Positions 44,501-55,700 of a DNA stretch of 64,000 bases are shown here, piece by piece. Within the stretch, counting starts at the first letter, position 1, and every line of letters starts with the position of its first letter. Source of the DNA: Bugula neritina (lineage: Eukaryota > Animalia > Bryozoa); assembly GCA_964035545.1 (NCBI GenBank), contig OZ037766.1, positions 9,600,722 through 9,664,721 on the forward strand, given 5' to 3'. The notes beneath the pieces were generated by a model. That model had not been told where the DNA came from. It did no database searches and was given only the letters and a program-made list of their open reading frames with translations. The position numbers and the translations under genes were made by a program.

Positions 44501-47500
44501 GCCATCATTTAAAGTGTTAATTTTTACGTTTGACATTTTCTTGCTATCTGTAACAGCCTGGGGAGGGTTTCCATTTGCTTTTTGGCTATTGGCAAAGTCA
44601 ATTGTATGATGTAAAGAAGGCTGAATTGAGTTTTCAACTACTGTGCTGCTAACAATGATGTTATATTTCTCAATGCTTCTTACTAGTTTACTTTTTCTTT
44701 TAGTTGATTTTAAGCTAGTTTTTGGACGTCTTTTTTTAAAACATTTATTTCTTGAATTATCAGTCAAAGTGATGAATGTTTCTCTTGAAGGCGACTGCAA
44801 ATCATGACCAGACTTGCTAGCTATTCCAGAGACGGAAGAGGTACTAGTAGCAATTTCATGTCGATTCTGTACTTCACAACACGAAGCTGTTTGAAAGTTA
44901 TCTGTTAAATTGGGTTTTTCAATAATTTTCCCATCATTACTGGCCACATTTGAAGTCCCATCTGGCCCATTATCAACCGACATACAGGTATCAAGTTGAG
45001 AAGTAGGTGGCATGCCCACAGAATTGGCATCAGCATTGGTTGAATGTATTTCTTTATCAATTGTAGTATTTACTGATCCTACAGAAATACTGTCCTTTTG
45101 TTTTTCGAGTTGTTTTTTTAAACATGTAGAAGTAATATTAACTTGTTCTTTTTGCTCTGAAAAGCCATTAGATTTAATATCAGAAGACATTTTCTGAAAT
45201 TCATCGAAACCTGCTTGCTGGGTCACTTTCAAATAATCAGGAGCAACAACAAATCGATTCTTATTTCGTTTTTTCCGCCTACGAGGTTTCTTGTTAGCAA
45301 GTGTATTATCATCAGCGTGTAATGAAGATATTTTGTGTGGAATCAATGAATTATTTTTATTTTCACTATCGACAATTGCACTATTTTCCAATTTATCAAG
45401 GTTTTGCTCGGTTTGCATTATTTTTACTTGAGAAGTATTTTTCAAGTTTTCTTTTTTTGAAGTTGTTTCAACAGGTTGACTTACTTTTTCGTCTTTAAAT
45501 GCTTCTGTCAGATTTGAGTTTTTTATTAAACTATTACAACTTCCATTTATTTTATTGTCCATTTTTTGGGTTGGTTTTATTGAAAATTCGTTATTTTCAA
45601 AATCTTCCTGCGAATTAATTTCACACGAGTCATTTTCATCACAATTCAGTACTATTTTTATATCAGATTGTATAGCATTGGTTTTGTTAGCAGGTGTTGC
45701 AGGCAATGAGTCGCTAACCTTAATAGCAGTTGAGGTATGGTTATTGAGCAAGTTAGGAGTGCCCGAGCTAAAAACTGTTTTTGGGCACTTGGTTATATGT
45801 TTAGAATGTTCGTCTAAATTGTATGCGACAACAGTTTTAGTTTGAAATAGCTTACTACATAAATCACTTGCATCTTTTTCAACAGGCAGAGACATGGAAG
45901 CTTTTTTTGCAGGCGATTTGAAAGTGGGGGATGACAATTGTAAGCTTTTCATCTTTTTATTAATTACTGATTCAAGATCATATTGTATTGTTGATATAGG
46001 AGTGGGAGGTATCATTTTTGGAAGGGGTAAAGTAGCACCTCCACAATCTTCGCATGATGGCCGACAGCTGTCTGTTAAGATACTTTGGGTAATATTTTGT
46101 ACCGATTTAGATTCAGTGCTTTCTGACAAAGAATCAGATTCACATGATTGAGTCAGAGTATCTTCGTCTGCTGTCAATTCCAACTCGTTTGAGTTAGCAA
46201 TAGAAGGCAATGGGGTTATAGTTTTAAGAATTGGAGAAGAAAACCACCTATTTGTAATGTGAGTATATGTTTGGTTTTTATCACGATTATAGGCAGGAAG
46301 AGATGTGGCAATATTTTTTGACAAATTCTGGCACTCAGTTTCTAAATTCAATTTTTTTGCAATTTTGTGTTTCTCATTATAAAATGCACAATTACTCAGA
46401 GGTAAGCTTTTTGGTGTGAGCTTTACTTCAGCTGGAAAGCTAGACAAGTTAGTTTTAGAACTAGCTTTTTTGAGATTTGAGGCTGAGATAGGCTCAACAA
46501 GTGTTGGTCTAGGCAATATAGGCAAATTAAATGTGTTGGGTCTCAAAAATTGTTTGAAGTTTTCAATTCTCTGCGACCTCACAACCTGACTTTCATTTTT
46601 AAGATGTTGATTAGACTGTAAATCTTGCGGGATTGTATTATTATTAGCTGAGTTTGTATGTGATCCGCCACTTGCTGGTTTACTTGTTTCAGCAAAATTC
46701 AAAATTTTAGAATGTAAAATATGAGCTTTGTAATTGGTGCATATATTTTGCTTTATTTTCATTTCATCATAAAGATCAATGTCTTTGCATTTCAGCATTA
46801 AACCAACGATTGTTTTCCATTTTGCACAGTCTTTAATATTTTCACAGGCATCTAAAATGAATGCTTCAAGAAATTTGTCCTTCATTTTGCTCCATATAAT
46901 ATTAAAGGATAATTTTGTCACGGTATCTTTTAAATCACCAGATCTATACAAACTGAACACTGTATGGGAAAAAAGTTGTGTGATCCTAGGATAATCCCGA
47001 TAACAAATTCTTTGTGTACCCCACAATCCAGAGTAGCAAGTGGCAACGTGAGATTTTAAAATTACCAATAAATATAATACAGTTTTCTTAGTAAAAATGG
47101 AATATGGCAAGAAGGCTGTAGTAGTATTGGTAGCTTCATTTACCAAAAAATTGCCTAATTTGGTTTCTTCTGTACTCCATGTGTTTCTTGAATCAAAAGA
47201 TGAGAGAAAACAATTATTATCCAGATTTAAAAACAATAGTTGAGCCTGCCTGCCCAGATCAACAAGACACTTGCCAACTGCATGGCACACAGCAGGAGCA
47301 TGTTTAAAAAACACCTCAACTAGCTTCTTGTAGTCTAAAAGCATCTTTTGTGACTCTAATGCTAACATTTTTTTAATGAGCTTACATGAAAATGCAACAT
47401 AATCATCAGTACTATCATCGTTAGCATTATATTGAAACAACATACTCATTCCTTTTGGAGCTGCAAAAGAATGGTCTACTATCATGGACCCATTCATACA

Positions 47501-48328
47501 AAGCTTGCAAACAAAACTTGTTGGAGTAAATTGAAAATATGTCTCATGTAAATAATTACTAAAATCTGAAGGTACTTTTGATGTAAGATGAATGACACAG
47601 TTTATCTCCAGCGTTAGCCAACTTTCTACTGTATGCTGAGTTACTTTTTCAGCAGGTGGAAGCTCGTAAAAACGAGCAGTCAAAACATGAAAAATCATCT
47701 CTGAAATAAAATTTCCTAAAACTTTGGGCACACTGTGAAGATGTAGAACAGGAAATCCACAACAATCGATTATTTTGTATTTTCGGTTAGCAAGTTCTTT
47801 TGATTTAAAAGACCAGGTTTCAAAATCATGCCAGCATTTTGATTGCGCTAAAGAAGTATTTTTAGTACACAAGTTTTTAATATCTTCTTTCATCAGCAAT
47901 ATAACCTTATCAGCTGAAATAGTTTGGGTTTCTTTTGAATGTTTAACAATGTGTGTAGCTTTACATGCTATATTGTTACTTCCACTTTTCAATACTTGGT
48001 TAGGCGAGACTAGTTGTACATATTGTTCAGCTAAATTATCTTTTTTATTGGAAAGCATTTTGTGATTTACATTTAAATTCAATAAGTCACTTTGAAAATA
48101 TTCAGAGGATCGTTCTATATTTGCTCTGGTATTAGCATTGTTGGTACTGTTAAAGTCAACTTTTGCATCTTCTGATTTGTCAGTGAATGCAAGCATCCGT
48201 TGCGTTACTTCTTTTATAGTAGTCCAAATACTTTTCCTACCACTATGCAAATTACACAAATCAGCTGGTACAGCAGGTTTATAATCGGAAAAGTTTTCTC
48301 TTTTTTCATGCTCATTGTTGCTCGCCAT
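38536..48328 (-). CDS. RNase L/IRE1-family kinase-KEN protein (2038 aa), probable pseudokinase plus pseudo-RNase; exons 48328-43341, 42982-42838, 41965-41777, 41607-41502, 40250-40177, 39884-39682, 39513-39436, 39342-39279, 38940-38840, 38704-38536
   Basis: Ten GT-AG exons join in phase (6117 nt). Motifs: VAAK, LIMELC, HGNLKPENIL, KIADYP, WEATE, KSDIQVAGMLLHYIMCNGLHPFG, HPYFWS, then KEN-like YDNTLCSLLKFI and IGHPHDYISAKF. Confidence 0.85.
42016..42087. repeat. Imperfect (CA)n microsatellite in an intron
   Basis: Interrupted CA runs. Confidence 0.7.
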
Positions 48329-49242
48329 GAGACTTCTTGCTCAATAGTTTTTCACCAACTTATGGAAAGACTTTTTCGTAGTTTTAAAAAATAAAACTGA
48401 AAAAAGATACTTTCTGATTTAACCATTAAGTGTTGCTTAAGGCATATTTATATGCTTCATCTCTGAATTGAATTTCATCAAACAAGTGATTAAATCTACA
48501 AAATTTAAAATAATTGACAAAATATTGGCAATTTGCTCAGCTAGCCATTTAGCTATAATTCGATTATTTCTTAAAATTTAACAACAAACAATAAAAAAAC
48601 TTCGCATGCTCACATGTTCAGATTTTTAACTTAAATTTAGCATAAAAATTTAGCCGCTTATTTCAAGATTTTCACTCTGTAAATACTTATGTTCAATTAT
48701 CATCAGCATATCTTATACTGATATACTTCAGTTTATTACATAACTGAGGTAATAAACTGAGGTCTCAAATACATATTTATTTAATATATACAAGTATATA
48801 CTATAAGATAGAAAATATGCATGTAGAAATTTGCTGTTGCAGAATTTAATAAACATAAAAAGTATCTGCATGTATACCTTTTTGTATATACTTGAACACA
48901 AAAGATTTTCAAATATCAATTACTCTAAGCTCCAGGTTTACTATCTTTATACAAGAAGGTAATAAATTCACTGTTTACTTGGTAAAAGAAAATTGAAATA
49001 AAAACATTAGTTTCAAAGTTAAAAACAATATGAATATTATAGGAGACTTCATTGGCAGCAAAATTGCAAAAGTTCATAATGACATATCATTAAAAATATA
49101 TATTTTGAATTTGAAACATAAGCTTAATGGCAAATTTGAACTTGAAGAACAGCAACTCATAAATTATAATTGTGTAGTAATTGAAGCTAGAATAAAAGAT
49201 AAAATAGTTATACTATTTACTTTTAGTATTTGTGAGAAATAT

Positions 49243-49341
49243 TACTACTACTAGTATCAATAGTACTAGTATTAATACTAACAGTAATAGACATAGTACT
49301 AGTAGTAGTAGTACTACTAATACTAGTAGTACTACTACTAC

Positions 49342-49373
<32 letters not shown>

Positions 49374-49500
49374 CTAGTAGTAGTAGTACTAGTAGTAGTA
49401 GTACTAGTAGTATTAGTACTACTTCTAGCAGTAGTAATGGTAGTAGGACTAGTACTAATAATAATAGTAATACTAATAGTAATAGCACTAGCAGTACAGT
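49243..49500. repeat. Compound (ACT)n/(AGT)n low-complexity tract
   Basis: Alternating ACT and AGT triplet runs with many ACTAGT/AGTACT palindromes. Confidence 0.95.
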
Positions 49501-50203
49501 GTACACACCCAGTCTCACAGTACATCTTGATCTAGTTCTACCGTTCTAGCTTTTTCGAGTCTTACCCTCACCTGTTCTTATAATTAATTTTGAGATAATT
49601 TTTTTAAAACTATTTCAACTTTTTTACCTTTCAAATAGAGTAGTTGGCAATAAGTGTTACTGTGACTAAAACACCAAACCTCAGTCAGTGTCACTACTAA
49701 TTGTCGAAGTTAGGCATATACCGACACTTTATATTCCGCAGATTGTAGCGTCTGCACTGCTTTGTGCAACACTTGGTACGTAAAGCCCGCGCATTGAATC
49801 AATCTAATTGAATTATTCTATAAGCAGCTTCAAGTTAGGAGTGGTTGAGTGTAATAGTTAAGATTTCACCCCTCCCCCAACTACAAACTTGATAATTCTG
49901 AAACTACTGCACGCAGCCCCATCTTGGATTTTTAGCCTGTGAATATAAAAAGCTTTTTTATTAGATATAGATATAATATTTTATAACCCTTCGTTAAATT
50001 AAAAAAAGGTAGAATATATAGCTTATCAACTTATTATGCTTTATTTATTAATAAAGATAACGTGCTGAACTACATTAATTGTTTGTAATTTTTATAAAGT
50101 ATGCAATTTAGGAAAATCAAAATGGCACAGAAATATGAGAAAGGGAAAAAACCAATTTAGAACTATTGAATGAATTGTAAGGTTTTTGCTTCTTATAATT
50201 CTA

Positions 50204-50354
50204 TTCTCACCTACCATTGCTTCCTCTTGTTCGGGTAGCGGGTTTTTGCTTCTTATAATGTTTCTACTAAAATATAAGCTATAATAATAATTGTGTTATA
50301 TTTAATTTTATATTATATCCTACCCGAACAGGACAAAGCGAAGATAGGTGAGAA
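50204..50354. repeat. Imperfect 35-bp inverted repeat (arms 50204-50238 and 50320-50354), possibly a small MITE
   Basis: TTCTCACCTA...TGTTCGGGTAG versus CTACCCGAACA...TAGGTGAGAA, with an AT-rich spacer. Confidence 0.7.
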
Positions 50355-51070
50355 AGTTATATTACATCCAATACATCATTTTACTCGATTTTTGATAACA
50401 TTGGAGCGTACAGATGACAACTCCGCTGCAAAGAAAGCTTTATTTTCGTAAATAACAATTATTACGTTATCGGACGTTAGCCCTAGAACCTTTGGGACCT
50501 AGGCCGGAGACTTAGACTACTACTACTAGTAGACGCAGTAGTAATAGACCAGTAGTACTACAGTACCAGTGTGGTATATATACCACTCTGTACAGTACTG
50601 GTACAGCCACAGATGCTATTACTACTAGTACAGTAGTGGTACTACTACTACTATTGCTGATGAGTAATGGCAATGGCTAATGCTAATTGAAAATTTTCAA
50701 TATAAATTTCACTTTGATTTTAACTTTTACTTTTAGTTAATCACTTAATGTTATTTTCATGATCACTCTGACTCATGATCATAATGATGATATAAACAAA
50801 TATTAATAATTATAATTTATAATCATAATCATAATTTCAATGGTATTGTAGTTATTGTTCATATTCATATTCATATTGTCATTAATATTGTGTTCATAAC
50901 GATAATCAAATCAATATCATAATGAGACTGATACTGATAGATTAGTCATACTGATAGTGATACTAATAGTAATACTAATACTAATAGTAATACTCATACT
51001 GATACTCATAGCGATAATTTAATTATTTGTGATATTATTAATATTACTATATCAATATTTAGGCGAATAA

Positions 51071-51375
51071 TGTTATGCTTTTCAGATTTAGGGTTGATGT
51101 GCTATCCAGAGAGTCTATTTATTTGCTATAGAACTGCACCAGGATAAGTCGAGTAAACGAGTATATTTTACACACAATTATACATTATAAAAACGATACA
51201 TTATATTCGGACAAGTTATACATCTACTCTATTTGACACTCTAGCTTCGACTGAGTTAGCAGCGGGAAACTATACTTGCTGCTAACTATTAAACACGCTA
51301 ATTGGCTATCAATTGTTCCGGGTCAATTACGCGACCCCACATGTTGTGCTGCTGGTAGCTCCATGAGCCACCACA
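51071..51375 (-). repeat. 3' LTR
   Basis: Direct repeat of 58266-58570; minus-strand AATAAA at 51118-51123. Confidence 0.98.
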
Positions 51376-51390
51376 CCGCCCCCACCAGCA
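51376..51390 (-). other. Polypurine tract (G-rich)
   Basis: Minus-strand TGCTGGTGGGGGCGG directly abuts the 3' LTR. Confidence 0.7.
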
Positions 51391-51663
51391 GAAAGCCCTC
51401 TTTCTGATATAAAAAAAACATTCATTATTAACCACATACATCAGTAGACCAAAATAATACATAATATACATAGAGATACATAATACAGGCAGAGTCATTA
51501 TAACAACCGATTACATGCAATTGACCAGCTATAGATGAGGAATACCGGCTAGCTGTGGTATTGGACAAGGAGTGAGCCTGTCGAGCAGTCAAGCATTTGC
51601 ACGATATCCTGGGTTCTCCCAAGAGGACGAAGTTGCGGATTATTCCGGGTAGCAGAACCAGAG

Positions 51664-52518
51664 TCATTGTTGTGCACGCCGGTGCTTGGCTTGGCATGTA
51701 CGCAGCTTCCGTTTCATCCGGCATACGGATCCTTTCAGTTGGAAGAGCCCTGTTGTAGTATTAAGTAAGTCTGGTGCCAACTGGGTGAATTCTTCCTGTA
51801 GTCGGAGGAGGCGTTCCTCTACTGTAGCCAGGCGAACTGGGTCTGGGGACGGTGTCCGTCTGCGGCGTAAGAGGGGACTGGGAGACCTGGTTCGTCTCTT
51901 CGTCGGGGTAGGGGAGATCTCTCCTTCTTCTGGATAGGCAAACTCCTCGGGGGCGTACGTAATCTGAGGACGGTCAGATACCAATGGGGATTGCTGCCTG
52001 GCATTGTCTAGTACACGCTGGAACCCCGAGGTCAGGACGGCTAACAGCATTGCCTTCTTTACTAGGGGTCGTATCAGGTTGAGGAATTCCGGGTAGAGCT
52101 TAGCGTCGACCACGTAGTTTTCTCCGGGGAAACAGCCCGCCGCTCGATGTCTGGTGACGGGGTAGGGGTAAACATCATTGTACCCGCAGGGGCAGAATGT
52201 GAGTAGGAGATGAGCATTGACATGTAGCTTCAAGGAGCGGTGAGAGGCACATTCTTCGCCACAAATCTGGCATCTCGTCCGTCCTCTGGACCCCCAGGCT
52301 GTCTCTATTTCCTCTTCTGTTTCTGGAGACACCCACCGCCAACGGCGGCGCAGTGGTTCTGGCCGTTCACCATTAGCATACTCCTCAGGATGCGGAGCGG
52401 GAAGTGCTCTATCCCGTACCCTGGTTGTGGCGGGTTGAGTGTAATCTGAAAAAGTTTCAACAGTGTTAGTACAGTACACTGTCGTGTTGTCAGCTTGAAT
52501 AGCTTGGCAACTCCTCAT
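51664..52518 (-). CDS. ORF3 of the retrotransposon: C2H2 plus C2HC-like zinc fingers, Arg/Ser-Pro tract, C-terminal coiled coil; true coding exon probably starts at 52445
   Basis: 284-codon open frame with CQICGEECASHRSLKLHVNAH (C-x2-C-x12-H-x3-H), CPCGYNDVYPYPVTRHRAAGC, SPTPTKRRTRSPSPLLRRRRTPSP and heptad Leu/Val repeats. Confidence 0.85.
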   Translation of the reverse strand: MRSCQAIQADNTTVYCTNTVETFSDYTQPATTRVRDRALPAPHPEEYANGERPEPLRRRWRWVSPETEEEIETAWGSRGRTRCQICGEECASHRSLKLHVNAHLLLTFCPCGYNDVYPYPVTRHRAAGCFPGENYVVDAKLYPEFLNLIRPLVKKAMLLAVLTSGFQRVLDNARQQSPLVSDRPQITYAPEEFAYPEEGEISPTPTKRRTRSPSPLLRRRRTPSPDPVRLATVEERLLRLQEEFTQLAPDLLNTTTGLFQLKGSVCRMKRKLRTCQAKHRRAQQ

Positions 52519-52760
52519 TCAGTTACCCCGTATAGATTTATGGTAGTGAATAGTCAGATAGAACACGCATTGCAATGAGATTATAAAAATCTCTAAGTCA
52601 AACTGAGTTCTTACTACGGTATTTCACTAACCTATCTCCAGCTCGATTGACTCAGTGAGTCGGAGCTGAGCGATGCAATCTAGTTTCTATGTTAAGATAT
52701 AGTTAACTCACCCCACGATCTGTTGTCGTAAGACATACTGAATGTGTGAAATGGTTTGAA

Positions 52761-55700
52761 CTATTGCTTAGAAACACGTCTACTCCTGACTGCATCAGCG
52801 TATGAAAAGATCGAGCAACGTGGTTGGGGTGCGTGATTAAGACTTTGTGCACCCGGCGGATGAATTTTGTTTCTATTTCCGCCGATACAAAAGTTGATAT
52901 TTCCGTGGTGTTGACAACTCCCACATTTGCTCGATACTTTTCTCGTACGGTTTTCCCCTAGACTTTCATACACGCCGCTTTTAACGCAGTCGCATATGAA
53001 GTCCTTCAAGTATGCGGGGGGTTGCCTCGTACGCTGTCCCCTTTCTAGGGGGGGTGACACGCTTGCCGGTTCGTTAGTAGGGGCCTCTAATGGCGTCTCT
53101 ACTTCACCGTTAGCGGTCACCTCTTCTTGTTCTCCAGATGGAGCCCCTCCCTGCGTGGGGGTTTGCACTTCCGGAACCGGTTCGGTTTCTGGAAGTGATG
53201 GAATTAGACTTGGCGGTGGCGGACACGCTTCTGTTGATAAAAGCTGCCGCTCCTCTCTCACCAAGTTTTCTTCCCGCGGTATGACCACTTCGTATTCAGG
53301 TCCATGCCGCCGTCGCCCGCGCGTTGTTGTCTGCCTCCTGGGCTCTAACAACGGGGGGGCTTCTCCCACTCCGTCGGGGCTAGCCCAATACGGTTTCAAG
53401 CGAGACTCATTCTGGATAGACACCTGTCCTGAGCGCTCAATCTTGTACGTATGATTGGGCATAGCCTCGACGACCACGTAGGGGCCTACGAACTTAGGCT
53501 TCAGTTTATCAGCCTGTCCGCGACGCCTACGGTAATTGACCATCCACACCTTATCTCCCGTTTGGTAGAGAGGTGGTTCATCGGAATCTTCGTGCCGCAC
53601 CTTCCACTGCTGTTCGCGCAGTATATCGTGTGCGGCCTTCATCCGTTCCACTAGTTCACTGGCATACTCGTGAACCGAGTTGTCTTGCTCTGGAACGTGG
53701 TAGGTGATATGGTCAGGGACACGGGTCTCTCTCCCGAGCATCAAGAGGTTTGGGGTCTCACCAGTACTGGTGTGTGGGGTGCTACGGTATGCACGCATGA
53801 CTTGCGGCAACACCGTATCCCATTCCTCTTGACCTCGTCCAAGGAGGAGACTCCGGAGCGCATCACCTAGCATCCGGTTGTTGCGCTCTACCACCCCATT
53901 ACCTTGAGGGTGGTAGGGGGTGGTCCGGCTCTGATTTACTCCCCAGAGGTGGCAAAGGTCGCTCATCAGTTGGGACTGGAATTGAGCGCCTTGATCAGAG
54001 TGTATCTGTTCGGGAAGCCCAAAATAACAGAATACATGTTGGTCTAGTGCCCTGGCCACTGTTGGGGCTGACGCATCTGGGATAGCCAGAGCATCCGCCC
54101 ACCTAGTAAAGTGGTCGGTTAGTACTAGGATCCAATTATTGCCTCTGGGGGTCAGGGGCATGGGTCCGACCAGGTCTACAGCGACCACTTGCCAGGGCCT
54201 ACCAGCATATAGCCTCCGCCGTCCTGCTTCACCAGGGGGGCGGCTGTGCTTGCTGGCCTGGCAGATCTCACACTGTTTGACTCTGAGTCGGACGTCACGC
54301 TCCATTTGTGGCCAATACCACCGGAGTCGTAATTTGGATATCACTCTCTTGACCCCTGCGTGGGCCTGTTTGTGAGTATCCCAAATCAACTCATGGCGGA
54401 TGGCCGTGGGGCAGACTACCCTCTTCCTCTCCGGGTGTCTGCCGCTGGCAGCTAGAGAGATGGTTAGTAACCCATCCTGCCCGATCCGCAGCGAGTCCCA
54501 ACGCTGACAGTATAGCCGGAACTCGGCGCATCCCTGTCGTATGCGTTCCTCGCTGGGTCGTCGCCCTTCCCTTTTGGCCCGGTATATGTCTGCCACGACT
54601 CCAGGCAGCTCTTCTTGGAGCTTCTTCAGCTCTCGAACATTACCGGCCAGTACAGGGTTGGCGCGGAGGTTTTGTACATCCTCCGGGGACTCATCAACTC
54701 TTTGCCTGAGTTGACCTTGGTCCCAGTCAAACGGTGCTCCGTGGTGAGCCAGCGTCTCCAACTCGCATCGCGGGGGACCTCCGTCCCTCCTCTCGATGTT
54801 GAGACACTGTTTGCAACCTCCGTCAGGTCGGCGACTCAACCCTTCCGCATTGCTGTGTCTCTTGCCCGGTCGATGTTCGATCCGGTATGAGAATTCAGCT
54901 AGGATTTCGAGCCACCGGGCGACCTGACTAGAGGGCTCTGCTCTCTTGCACAACCAGATCAGCGAGGCATGATCCGTACGCAGCCGGAACTTCCTGCCAT
55001 ATAGGTATGGTCTGAAGTGCTTCACTGACTTTATTACTGCCAGCAGCTCCTTGCGGGTAGTGCAGTAGTTTCGTTCAGTGGGTGAGAGAGACTTGCTGTA
55101 GTAGGCTACTACTACTTCTCGGCCTTCCTGCACTTGCGACAGCACAGCGCCAACATTTTGGTCACTGGCGTCCGTGTCGAGGATGTACTCCAGAGTGGGG
55201 TCTGGGTAGGCCAAGATGGGCGCCGTTAGTAGGCAGCCCTTGAGGCGGTCGAACGCTTCTTGTTCGACTGGGGTCCACTGCCACGTTACTCCCTTTGCGG
55301 TGAGCCGGTTTAACGGCTGTGCTATGCCCGCAAAGTCTGGTATGTATTGTCTGTAATACCCTACCAGCCCCAAGAAAGCCCGGAGTCCGGTCAAGTCTTG
55401 GGGGGTGACCCAGTCTTCTATTGCCCGTACCTTCTCGGGATCCGTTGCCACGCCATTTCGACCAACAACGTGCCCCAGGTACTTAACCTCTGGCTGCAAT
55501 AGAGCGCACTTAGAAGGCTTGAGCTTAAGACCGGCACCTCGGAGTCTCTCAAAGACCTCCTGCAGACGACTGACATGTGTCTCGAAGTCTGGGGAGATCA
55601 CGATGACATCATCGAGGTAGATCAGCAGTGTCTTCCAATGGGGCCCGCTGAGGACTTGCTCCATCAGCCTCTGGAAGGTGGCTGGGGCGGAGGTCAACCC

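Noticed and set aside
38536-48328. Calling the gene IRE1/ERN1 or RNASEL
   Set aside because: It lacks the luminal and TM regions and ankyrin repeats, and its catalytic motifs are degenerate; only family-level similarity is supported.
43770-48394. Plus-strand ORFs opposite the giant exon
   Set aside because: Short antisense shadows with no independent support.
49213-49549. Poly-Leu/Val, poly-Thr and poly-Ser ORFs
   Set aside because: These are translations of the ACT/AGT triplet tract, which is open in several frames.
51664-52518. ORF3 as an env gene
   Set aside because: No signal peptide, TM anchor or ectodomain-like region; it has zinc fingers and basic tracts instead.
52927-53454. 175-aa antisense ORF and other plus-strand ORFs inside gag/pol
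   Set aside because: Expected shadow ORFs in GC-rich coding sequence, with no motifs and mostly non-ATG starts.
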